A DNA stretch of 32,000 bases, taken from Halogeometricum borinquense DSM 11551. GTDB lineage: Archaea; Halobacteriota; Halobacteria; Halobacteriales; Haloferacaceae. Shown piece by piece: positions 1-7,578 of this stretch. The stretch lies in the NCBI RefSeq assembly GCF_000172995.2, contig NC_014729.1, forward strand, positions 540,001-572,000, given 5' to 3'. Under the pieces are notes generated by a model. That model did no database searches. It was not told the origin of the DNA and saw nothing but the letters and a program-made list of their open reading frames with translations. The translations under genes and the position numbers were made by a program. The stretch's first letter is position 1, and every line of letters starts with the position of its first letter.

Positions 1-159
1 GGGTTCCTCGTCGTCTTCGAGGGCGGCGGCGACGCGGAGGCTCCGGCCGCGTTCGGCGTTCGTCAAGCCGTAACTCTTGTCGGCAAAGACGCGGCCGAGG
101 CAGGGGTCACAGATGGGTCCCTGTGCGGCGAGTTCGCGCGCGTCCTCCAAGATACTCAT
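1..159 (-). CDS. pus10: tRNA pseudouridine synthase Pus10, N-terminal 53 codons only (the gene runs off the window)
   Basis: The reverse complement of 1-159 reads MSILEDARELAAQGPICDPCLGRVFADKSYGLTNAERGRSLRVAAALEDDEEP. The ATG is at 157-159. The CxxC zinc-ribbon start and the LGR-FAD-S-GLTNAERG pattern match my memory of archaeal Pus10 N-termini. Confidence 0.6.
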   Translation of the reverse strand, partial: MSILEDARELAAQGPICDPCLGRVFADKSYGLTNAERGRSLRVAAALEDDEEP

Positions 160-248
160 ACCGAGTGATACGGTGGCGCGCGTTTCTGTCTTCCCCTTTC
201 AGACGACGCTTGTACGAGTGTCCGCTGAGTCAGGGAGAAAGGACTGAA

Positions 249-290
249 ATGGGGAAGGACGGGACCGAGATGGGGAAAGGAGGGACCGAG
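249..290. repeat. Two tandem 21-nt purine-rich direct repeats (ATGGGGAAGGACGGGACCGAG / ATGGGGAAAGGAGGGACCGAG), with a degenerate third copy just upstream (about 231-248)
   Basis: Read directly from the sequence. It lies in the 183-nt spacer between the stop of the 343-654 ORF and the pus10 start. On the transcribed (minus) strand it is a C/T-rich tract. Confidence 0.8.
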
Positions 291-342
291 GTGAGATGAG
301 TGGAGGGCCGAAGTCAGGGGTGCATCCGCAAGTGTGAGTCGC

Positions 343-654
343 CTACGCCATCGACACCTCTCGGACCTCCTTCACACCGAACCCGGCTTCGAGAGCGTCG
401 GCAACGCTTTCGGCGTCGGGTGGGCCGCTGACGCGCAACGCGGCGTCGAGATCCACGCGCATGTCGTTCAGTGCGGGTCGCAAACCGCTCACGTCTACGC
501 GGTCCACGCTGGCGACGCACTCCACGGCATCGAGGCGGGCGCGGACGCCCTCCTGTAAGTCGCCGTCCGCATCGCGCGTGACGAGGACCGTCAGCGAGGC
601 GGCAACTGGGTAGTCGTCTTGCTGTGCATTCTGGCTGGGTTGGGTGATTGCCAT
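343..654 (-). CDS. Hypothetical small acidic protein (103 aa)
   Basis: This is the only one of several overlapping ORFs here with haloarchaeal-type acidic composition (many D/E/V/A). The alternative frames are Arg-rich. It has an ATG start and a TAG stop. I recognise no motif. Confidence 0.45.
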   Translation of the reverse strand: MAITQPSQNAQQDDYPVAASLTVLVTRDADGDLQEGVRARLDAVECVASVDRVDVSGLRPALNDMRVDLDAALRVSGPPDAESVADALEAGFGVKEVREVSMA

Positions 655-1200
655 AGGCTCCCGGCGCGAGTCGAACGCGCACCTCGTGTCGTCTGTGACG
701 ACACGCGACTGCCGACACGGAAGCGGTCCGGTCTGGATGCTCCGTGCTCAGCACGAACACAGGCCGCGCGAGAAAGGGGGAACGAGCCCGATCCGTCTCG
801 ATTGTGAGTGACACGCGAGAACGGAAACCGGGTACCCGGACCCCGTCCGCGCGGCGCGTGGTTATGCGCCGAGCGCGGACCGGACGCAGAGGGAACTGGG
901 TTTTCCATTTTCGGAAAAGCCCGTGTAAATGACCCGTACCATCCCCTCACCGGTTGCGGCGGCCGCAGTCGCGGCTGCCCCAAGTGGCGGATGGCGTGTG
1001 ATGGTATTCCGGGTCATCGGTTCCTCTGCCCGCAGGGTCGCGGGACTCAGTTCGGGAGACGACTCCGTTTCACTTAACGTTTGTTCAGGTGTGGGAAAAG
1101 GTAGCAAAGTATACCCGGCGCGAACGCATGAGCTACGATGTTCGCTCGCCGGGCGGTACGTCCGATGCCCACGGAGTACCGGTTTGACGCAATCGCTCGG

Positions 1201-2244
1201 TTAGTCGTCGCTCTCGATGGGGGTGCTCTCCTCTTCGGAGAAGCCCTCGGAGTTCTCGATACGGTTGCGTGCCTCGCCGTCGAACTGCATCTCCGTCTCT
1301 TGGTAATCCGAGACGAAGGAGAGTTCGTGGTGCGATTCGGTCGGGTGGTCGAGGTAGCGTCCTTCCAGGTCGAACTGCGCTTCCTCGTCCGTTTCGGCCA
1401 GCGCGCGGAAGTCCTCGTAGACGCTGTGTGCGCCCGAGTGCAGGCCGAACAGCGTGATGAAGATGTACTCGTAGCCGAGGTCCCCGAGTTCCTCGAACGT
1501 GAGTGGGTCTTCCTCTTTCGACCACGCAAACGACGAGGAGTAGTTGAACGCTAACTTCAGATCCGGATGCGTCTCGTGGATGGTTTCGGCGTAGTTGACC
1601 GCGTCCTCGCGGGACGGGTCGGGCATCTCGGGCCACACCATATCGACACCCGCGTCGGCGTATATCCGGCCGCGTTCGAGATGTTCCTCCCAGTCTCCGT
1701 TCGACGACCCGTATGCGTCAGTCCGGGCGATGATGAACGTATCCTCAGACTGCTTTGCGTCCACAGCCGCCTCGAAGCGCGCGCGGGCCTTGTCGCGGGA
1801 GATAATCTGCTTGCCCGCGATGTGTCCACACCGCTTGGGCGTCGTCTGGTCCTCGATGTGGATGGCGGCGACGCCGGCCTTCTCGTACTCGCGGACGGCA
1901 CGGCGGACGTTGTGGACGCCGCCGTATCCCGTGTCACAGTCTGCGATCACGGGCAGATTCGTCGCCTCGACGATGCGCTTTGCGTTCTCGACCATTTCGG
2001 TCATCGTGACCATTTCGAGGTCCGGGAAGCCGAACTGACCGAGAACCGTCGAGTAGCCGCTCATGTACGCGGCATCAAGGTCGGCGAGTTCAGCCAGACG
2101 CGCGTCGAGCGCGTGGTAGATGCCCGGTGCGAAGACGAAGTTCTGCTCGTCGAGCATCCGCCGGAACTCCCGGGCCGACGGATTGTCCACGTCGCGGGTG
2201 AACACGTCAGCGCCCGTCGTTCGCTCGTATGGGTCCTCGCTCAT
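1201..2244 (-). CDS. aceA: Isocitrate lyase / PEP-mutase superfamily enzyme, probably the haloarchaeal-type isocitrate lyase (347 aa)
   Basis: It carries the KRCGHIAGK active-site signature (K-[KR]-C-G-H) in a TIM-barrel-like context ([24 protein letters not shown]). The length matches the roughly 345-aa Haloferax AceA as I remember it. Methylisocitrate lyase cannot be excluded from sequence alone. Confidence 0.65.
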   Translation of the reverse strand: MSEDPYERTTGADVFTRDVDNPSAREFRRMLDEQNFVFAPGIYHALDARLAELADLDAAYMSGYSTVLGQFGFPDLEMVTMTEMVENAKRIVEATNLPVIADCDTGYGGVHNVRRAVREYEKAGVAAIHIEDQTTPKRCGHIAGKQIISRDKARARFEAAVDAKQSEDTFIIARTDAYGSSNGDWEEHLERGRIYADAGVDMVWPEMPDPSREDAVNYAETIHETHPDLKLAFNYSSSFAWSKEEDPLTFEELGDLGYEYIFITLFGLHSGAHSVYEDFRALAETDEEAQFDLEGRYLDHPTESHHELSFVSDYQETEMQFDGEARNRIENSEGFSEEESTPIESDD

Positions 2245-2588
2245 TGGTTTTCCTCCATTCGCGTCTCGATTCGGTCGAGTTGCGTCCGGAGGGCCGCGAT
2301 GTCGCGCCGGAGGTTTCGAATTTCGTTGTCAGATGTCTGTTCGGTCGGGTCGATAATGAACGGGACCAGTGGGGCCTCCATGTTCTCTTCGTCGTTCGGG
2401 CGATCTCGGGTCATCGGTCGGGTCGTACGTCGGGTCATGTGTTTCGTCATCTGGGTCGTGTCGGTGGATCTGGGATGTCTGTCGAGCGATTCGGCGTACG
2501 GAACGTGTGTCGATGGGCGCGTACTGCGCCGGGTACTGCCATCGGGTGTCACCTCATCTCCCGAATTGAGGCTCTCGTAGATAAACAT
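2241..2588 (-). CDS. Small protein (up to 115 aa) with a basic Thr/Arg/Pro-rich disordered N-terminal half and an acidic coiled-coil C-terminus, translationally coupled to aceA
   Basis: Its TGA stop overlaps the aceA ATG (ATGA at 2241-2244). The ATG at 2586-2588 sits about 23-28 nt downstream of an AT-rich TATA-like element, so a leaderless start is plausible. The C-terminal segment is [27 protein letters not shown]. An alternative internal start at 2379-2381 would give 46 aa. Confidence 0.5.
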   Translation of the reverse strand: MFIYESLNSGDEVTPDGSTRRSTRPSTHVPYAESLDRHPRSTDTTQMTKHMTRRTTRPMTRDRPNDEENMEAPLVPFIIDPTEQTSDNEIRNLRRDIAALRTQLDRIETRMEENQ

Positions 2589-2600
2589 AATGATTTATAG

Positions 2601-2621
2601 TGATAATATTCTTTAATTAGG
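2601..2621 (-). promoter_or_regulatory. TATA-like element (minus strand TTAAAG / AATATTAT) for the 2588 mini-gene plus aceA transcript, inside an AT-rich divergent promoter island (about 2589-2660)
   Basis: An AT-rich island sits in otherwise GC-rich DNA. The spacing to the ATG at 2588 fits an archaeal TATA at about -25 with a leaderless mRNA. Confidence 0.35.
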
Positions 2622-2767
2622 TTTATTCCTACCATCCAGTAAGTGTGTGGTTAATTAACAAGGGAAAGGTCCACAGGACAGTTTCTACCTCATCTCTCAC
2701 CCCGCCCGCGCACACAGTTCCGCGTTCGGTGCGCTTAATCCGTCCAATCGTCGATAGCCGGTATCCG

Positions 2768-3721
2768 ATGTCTTCTGCGATAACGATACGCGACTTGCGC
2801 AAGTCATACGGCGGCGTACAGGCGTTGGACGGCGTTGACCTCGACGTGCCTGAGGGCTCATTTTTCGGGCTTCTCGGCCCGAACGGCGCGGGGAAGACGA
2901 CGTTCATCAACATCCTCGTGGGTCTCGTCCGCAAATCCGGCGGCGAGGCACGCGTCTTCGGTTACGACGTGGAGGACGACTACCGCGAGGCCCGCGACAG
3001 AATCGGCCTCGCACCGCAAGAGTTCAACGTGGACCGCTTTTTCCCCATCCGCGAAGTCCTCGAACACAAGGCGGGCTATCACGGAATCCCCGCGGACGAG
3101 GCGCGCGAACGTGCCGACGAAGTCCTCAAACGCGTCGGTATCTACGATAAGCGCGACACGCGATTCGACTGGCTCTCCGGCGGCATGAAGCGACGCTTCG
3201 TCCTCGCGCGTGCGCTCATCACAGATCCGGATCTCCTCATTCTCGACGAACCCACCGCGGGCGTGGACGTGCAACTCCGCCACGAACTCTGGGAGACCAT
3301 CACTGAACTGAACGATAGCGGGACGACCATTCTCCTCACGACACACTACATAGAGGAGGCGGAACGCCTCTGTGACGAAGTGGCAATCCTCGACTCCGGT
3401 CGCGTCCTCGAAGTCGCAAGCCCGGACGAACTGATGGACCGCGGCACCGACGACATCGTGGTGACGCTCCGAGATCAACCGACCGCGGTTCCGGACTTCA
3501 CAGTCGACGACGAGAGAGTCGAAGCGGTCGAACTCGACGGCACGAGACTCGTCGTCACGGCGCGCGAGGGTGGGCTGGTCGCCCCCGAAGTAGTCCGCCG
3601 CCTCGACGCCGCAGGCCACGAAATCGTGGACCTCGAAATCTCCCGAACGTCGCTCGAAGAAGTGTTCGTGGAGATGACGAGACAGGACGAGGGTCGCGCG
3701 ACGATGGAGGTAGAGCAGTGA
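2768..3721 (+). CDS. ABC transporter ATP-binding protein (ABC-2 / drug-exporter type), 317 aa
   Basis: Walker A is GPNGAGKTT, the signature is LSGGMKRR and Walker B is LLILDEPTAGVD. The start is placed at MSSAITIRDLRKSYGG, a typical distance from Walker A. The ORF-track start at 2645 would add an atypical 41-aa extension. Confidence 0.9.
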   Translation: MSSAITIRDLRKSYGGVQALDGVDLDVPEGSFFGLLGPNGAGKTTFINILVGLVRKSGGEARVFGYDVEDDYREARDRIGLAPQEFNVDRFFPIREVLEHKAGYHGIPADEARERADEVLKRVGIYDKRDTRFDWLSGGMKRRFVLARALITDPDLLILDEPTAGVDVQLRHELWETITELNDSGTTILLTTHYIEEAERLCDEVAILDSGRVLEVASPDELMDRGTDDIVVTLRDQPTAVPDFTVDDERVEAVELDGTRLVVTAREGGLVAPEVVRRLDAAGHEIVDLEISRTSLEEVFVEMTRQDEGRATMEVEQ

Positions 3722-4485
3722 GCGTCGAACGTACGGGTTTTCTCGCCCTGCTCAAGCGCGAGGTACTCCGATTCGTCCGCCGTCCGAGAAACACGTTCGT
3801 GCCGCCGTTCATCACGAACGTCCTCTACTTCTCGGTGTTCGGCGTCATCCTCGGCGAGCGAATCAACGAGATTGCGGGCGTGCCGTACATCCTCTTTATC
3901 CTCCCCGGCCTCATCGTTCTCGGAGCGGTGTCGAACGCGTTCGAGAACGCATCCTTTTCGATTTTCCACGGACGGTGGAACCGCTACATCGAGGAAGTTC
4001 TCACGTCGCCACTGTCGTATCGGTCGATGGTCGGCGCGTACGTCCTCTCGTCGGCGACGCGCGGCATCTTCGTCGGCGCACTCGTCGCAGTTATCGGCGT
4101 CTTCTTCACTACTGTCGGCGTCGTCCGCCCGTTCTATCTCATCGCGTTCATGCTCGTCATCACTCTGTTATTCGCAAGCCTCGGCGTCGTCGGCGGTCTA
4201 TGGGCTGAGGACTTCGACGATCTGACGATGATGAACCAGTTCATCCTCCGGCCGCTGGTGTTCTTCGGCGGCGTGTTCTACTCGCTGAACGAACTGCCCG
4301 CGACGCTCCAGCAGGTATCGCTCCTCAATCCGATGATATACATGGTCAACGGCGTCCGCTATGGCTTCCTCGGCGTCAGCGAAGTTGATCCGAACATGTC
4401 ACTCGCCGTCCTCGTCGCACTCACGGTCGCCGTTTCGGCGGTGAACGTCGCTCTGTTCCGCCGCGGCTACGGGCTCACCGACTGA
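3718..4485 (+). CDS. ABC-2 type transporter permease, 255 aa
   Basis: Its GTG start overlaps the ATPase stop (GTGA). It has about 6 hydrophobic helices and the usual ABC-2 layout directly after its ATPase. Confidence 0.85.
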   Translation: MSVERTGFLALLKREVLRFVRRPRNTFVPPFITNVLYFSVFGVILGERINEIAGVPYILFILPGLIVLGAVSNAFENASFSIFHGRWNRYIEEVLTSPLSYRSMVGAYVLSSATRGIFVGALVAVIGVFFTTVGVVRPFYLIAFMLVITLLFASLGVVGGLWAEDFDDLTMMNQFILRPLVFFGGVFYSLNELPATLQQVSLLNPMIYMVNGVRYGFLGVSEVDPNMSLAVLVALTVAVSAVNVALFRRGYGLTD

Positions 4486-4787
4486 CCGAACCGACCACGA
4501 GCGCGGTCAATATCCGCTGTTACCGCCGAATCCGCCGCTTCGGCTTTCATCTCTTTCTCCCGACGGCTCTCATCGTCGTTGCCGTCTCCGGAAGGAGACT
4601 CTCGGCGTTGGCCGTGTCTGTAGAGAATGAGTACCGCGCCGGAGAGCGCAACGGTAGTGAGCGCTCCCGTCAGTAACTCCGTAGATACCCCGCCGACGAG
4701 GTGTGAGGCGAGTGCGAGGGCCGCACTGCTGAACGTGATTCGCCACGTCCACGGAGACCCCGCGAACTTGGTGGTATCGTCTTCCAT
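4467..4787 (-). CDS. Hypothetical small membrane protein (106 aa)
   Basis: It has two hydrophobic helices (ITFSSAALALASHLVGGV, LTGALTTVALSGAVLILY) followed by a charged tail. It is convergent with the permease gene and overlaps its end by 19 nt. Confidence 0.4.
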   Translation of the reverse strand: MEDDTTKFAGSPWTWRITFSSAALALASHLVGGVSTELLTGALTTVALSGAVLILYRHGQRRESPSGDGNDDESRREKEMKAEAADSAVTADIDRARGRFGQSVSP

Positions 4788-4925
4788 ACGGATATTCTTA
4801 CATGACTGTCATATATGTCTTCCGTGGCCCGGGCAGACGGCGGGTCCCATTGTCCTCCCGCTCGATACCCACCCTGCTGTGCCCCTTGGAGTGGACTTTT
4901 TCTCCCGCATTCAAAACTAAATATC

Positions 4926-6611
4926 ATGAATATTGACGAAAACGCCGACATAGACCGCTTTACTTCACGGCGCTCGACGGTGTACGGGCAGCGCGGCGTC
5001 GTCGCTACCAGTCAGCCACTCGCGTCGGCGGCGGGTATTCAGATGCTCCGCGAGGGCGGCAACGCCTTCGACGCCGCCGTCGCCACCGCTGCGGCGCTCA
5101 ACGTTGTCGAACCAACATCTACAGGCCTCGGCGGCGACGTATTCGCTCTCTACCGGACGGCAGACGGCGACGTGGGTGCGATGCGTGCCTGCGGCGGCGC
5201 ACCCGCCGAGGCGACGATCGAGAACGTCCGCGAGTCTGTCGCCGAAGAGAACGATGTAGACTCAGAGGATGCCGAGATGCCCGATACGGGCGCACACACC
5301 GTTACCGTTCCCGGAACGGCCCGCGGGTGGGAAGCCACAGTCGATGCGTTCGGCCGACTGACACTTGCAGATGCACTCCAGCCGGCAATTCGGTACGCCA
5401 CGGATGGCTATCCCGTCAGCGAAGTCATCGCCGACGCGTGGACGCACGGCGAGGAGGTGTTCGAGACTGACAACGCTCGTGAGGCGTTCCTGTTCGACGA
5501 CGAGGCCCCTGACGTGGGGCAGACAGTAACGTTCCCGAAACTCGGCGCGACGATGGAACAAATCGCCGAGAAGGGCGCGGATGTCGTGTACGAGGGCGAC
5601 ATTGCCGAACAAATCGCAGACGAAGTGCAGTCGCAGGGCGGATTCATGACTGTCGATGACCTCGCGGACTTCGAAGTCGAGTTCCCCGATCCGATTTCCA
5701 CGACGTACAACGGCGTCGAAGTCTTCGAACTCCCTCCGAACAATCAGGGTCTTATCGCGCTGGAAGCGCTCAATATCGCCGAGGAAATCGGCGCACACGA
5801 GTCCGAACTCGGCTCTGCTGACCGGATTCATTACTTCGGAGAGGCGATGAAACTCGCGTTCCACGACGGCCACCGTTACATCACTGACCCTGCATACGAG
5901 GAGATTCCACCACTCGCCTCGAAAGAATGGGCCGAGAAACGCGCCACAGCGATTGGTGAGGAGGCCAACGACGATGTGTCGTTTGGCGTTCCGGACGCCA
6001 GCAACGAAGCTCCCGGAAGACAACGGCCGCCGAACCCACAAGAACCTCCAGAGCCGCCTGAGGATTCGGACACGGTCCTTCTGACGGTCGCCGACGACGA
6101 AGGCAACGTCGTCTCTTACATCAACTCCCGATTCGCTGGATTCGGATCCGGTCTCGTCGCGGGCGACACCGGAATTGCCCTCCAGAACCGCGGCAGTTCG
6201 TTCTCGTTGGATCCGTCCCATCCGAACCGGCTCGAACCCGGAAAGCGGCCGTTTCACACGCTCATCCCCGGTCTCCTCAAGTTCGACGAGGACGACTGGG
6301 CGGCGTTCGGTGTCATGGGTGGCTACATGCAACCGCAGGGGCACCTGCAAGTCGTCTCGAACATCGTCGATTACGGAATGCCGCTACAGGCGGCGCTGGA
6401 CTTTCCACGGTGGCGTTACCGTGAGGACGGATCGCTCGCAATCGAGGAACGAACCGGCGACAGCGTCGGAACGAAACTCACGCGTCGCGGACACGATGTG
6501 CGACTTCTCTCCCCGAGTCTGTTCGGGGGCGCACAGATCGCGCGGAGCGACCACGGAACGCTCTCGGCGGCGACGGAACCACGAAAAGACGGGAATGCAC
6601 AGGGGTACTGA
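4926..6611 (+). CDS. ggt: Gamma-glutamyltransferase family protein (Ntn hydrolase), 561 aa
   Basis: It shows GVVATSQPLASAAGIQMLREGGNAFDAAVA, TSTGLGGD, the predicted autoprocessing site D-T(383)-VLLTVADDEGNVVS, PGKRPFHTLIP and GGYMQPQGHLQV. The start is placed at MNIDENADI rather than the upstream ORF-track start. Confidence 0.85.
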   Translation: MNIDENADIDRFTSRRSTVYGQRGVVATSQPLASAAGIQMLREGGNAFDAAVATAAALNVVEPTSTGLGGDVFALYRTADGDVGAMRACGGAPAEATIENVRESVAEENDVDSEDAEMPDTGAHTVTVPGTARGWEATVDAFGRLTLADALQPAIRYATDGYPVSEVIADAWTHGEEVFETDNAREAFLFDDEAPDVGQTVTFPKLGATMEQIAEKGADVVYEGDIAEQIADEVQSQGGFMTVDDLADFEVEFPDPISTTYNGVEVFELPPNNQGLIALEALNIAEEIGAHESELGSADRIHYFGEAMKLAFHDGHRYITDPAYEEIPPLASKEWAEKRATAIGEEANDDVSFGVPDASNEAPGRQRPPNPQEPPEPPEDSDTVLLTVADDEGNVVSYINSRFAGFGSGLVAGDTGIALQNRGSSFSLDPSHPNRLEPGKRPFHTLIPGLLKFDEDDWAAFGVMGGYMQPQGHLQVVSNIVDYGMPLQAALDFPRWRYREDGSLAIEERTGDSVGTKLTRRGHDVRLLSPSLFGGAQIARSDHGTLSAATEPRKDGNAQGY

Positions 6612-6640
6612 GCCGATTCGGCCGACGACTCACGTCCGAC

Positions 6641-6847
6641 TCAGGCAGACGTGAACGCCCGGCGCGTGACGCTCGCCGACTTGACAAGTAATGCGGCCCC
6701 GGAGAGGAGGACGATGCCGAAGGCGAGTTGCCACGGCGGTTCGTTCGAACCGAGGACGTGGACCAATCCGAGTCCAATGAGGAGGGTCCCGAACATCGTT
6801 CCGAGGAGGCTAGTCAGGACGCGGCCGACTGCTTTGAGGGAGACCAT
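6641..6847 (-). CDS. Hypothetical small membrane protein (68 aa)
   Basis: It has two hydrophobic helices and an ATG start. I recognise no motif. Confidence 0.35.
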   Translation of the reverse strand: MVSLKAVGRVLTSLLGTMFGTLLIGLGLVHVLGSNEPPWQLAFGIVLLSGAALLVKSASVTRRAFTSA

Positions 6848-6988
6848 TGTTCGAGAATGTTGTCAACAAATCAAAACATTGTGCTGTTCGGAACCGCTTC
6901 GGGAAGCAGTCAATTCTGTCGCACTGTGGTTGAGACGCCCGCGACCGACGGAAGTAAACGATACGCGCGCCTACCTGCCTGTCGAGAG

Positions 6989-7492
6989 ATGTCTCCTGCG
7001 GACGGCCCCACTGGAAAACGAGAAGACCGCCATGGCTTCGACGACACCAAGAGTCCGATTACCGATGCGCTTGGGAAGTTCGTTCCGCAGGCCATCGTCA
7101 AACGAAGCCTTTCGCTTTCGGTTCGAACGGACAAAGAGACGTACGCACCCGGCGAACCAGTCGAACTGACGGTCGAAATCGAGAACCGACTGCCACTCCC
7201 TGTCGCCGTCCACACCCCGACACATCGTCTGTGGGGGTGGACCGTGGACGGCGAACTGGAGGCCAGCGACGAACAGATCTACCTGCCCGAGTCGCCGTCG
7301 AAACTCTCCTTCCGTGCGGGCGAGCGTAAAGTACTCACCCAGACGTGGAACGGTCTCCTCAAACGGGTCGGTGACGACGATACGCCGACTCGGTGGGTCG
7401 AACCGACGTGCGGCGTCCACGAAATCGGTGCGTATCTCGCACTTGACGGCACTCGACCCGAAGACACGACAGAGATTCGAATCGCTGATTGA
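6989..7492 (+). CDS. Hypothetical acidic protein (167 aa), probably a beta-sandwich domain
   Basis: It has acidic composition. The pattern KETYAPGEPVELTVEIENRLPLPVAV...W.WTVDGE is reminiscent of beta-sandwich (BsuPI-like inhibitor or Ig-like) domains, but that is only an impression. The ATG at 6989 is chosen because the earlier in-frame part crowds the divergent gene. Confidence 0.5.
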   Translation: MSPADGPTGKREDRHGFDDTKSPITDALGKFVPQAIVKRSLSLSVRTDKETYAPGEPVELTVEIENRLPLPVAVHTPTHRLWGWTVDGELEASDEQIYLPESPSKLSFRAGERKVLTQTWNGLLKRVGDDDTPTRWVEPTCGVHEIGAYLALDGTRPEDTTEIRIAD

Positions 7493-7494
7493 CG

Positions 7495-7549
7495 CCGTTT
7501 CCCTCCACCGTCTGACGGAAGCTTCCCCCCAACGTCTGACGGAAAACGG
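7495..7549. terminator. Convergent-intergenic inverted repeat (CCGTTTCC / GGAAAACGG) enclosing two direct copies of CGTCTGACGGAA
   Basis: Read directly from the sequence. The direct copies are at 7509-7520 and 7533-7544, and the outer arms are at 7495-7502 and 7541-7549. It sits between the ends of the 6989-7492 gene (+) and the Dpp operon (-). Confidence 0.3.
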
Positions 7550-7578
7550 AGCGTCGAAGAAAGTGTGAGACGCGTCAG

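Noticed and set aside
656-705. A possible tRNA gene on the minus strand: a T-arm-like GCGCG-TTCGACT-CGCGC followed by the acceptor-like CGGGAGCC, ending next to the ATG at 654
   Set aside because: I could not find a matching 5' acceptor strand, D-arm or 7-nt anticodon loop upstream. The adjacent 9-bp hairpin has a 3-nt loop. It is not identical to the 3' end of the tRNA-Pro in this window, so it is not an obvious att duplication. It is kept only as part of the non-coding-gap finding.
655-1200. SRP (7S) RNA or RNase P RNA in the non-coding gap
   Set aside because: I looked by eye on both strands for the helix-8 core CCGGAAGG..AGCA and for the RNase P CR-I GGAAAGTCC and ACAGAA motifs. I found none. 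A covariance-model scan is still needed for other RNA families.
1567-2580. A 337-aa plus-strand ORF antisense to aceA. Comparable long antisense ORFs lie at 2858-3619(-), 5262-6350(-), 8029-8985(+), 9971-11044(+), 16993-17745(-), 20997-21899(+) and 21446-22288(+).
   Set aside because: All overlap genes with unambiguous motifs on the other strand. All have Arg/Ser/Cys-rich, non-acidic composition that is atypical for this proteome.
2645-2767. An upstream GTG start for the ABC ATPase gene
   Set aside because: It would add a 41-aa non-acidic extension that begins inside the AT-rich promoter island. The ATG at 2768 gives the canonical distance to Walker A.
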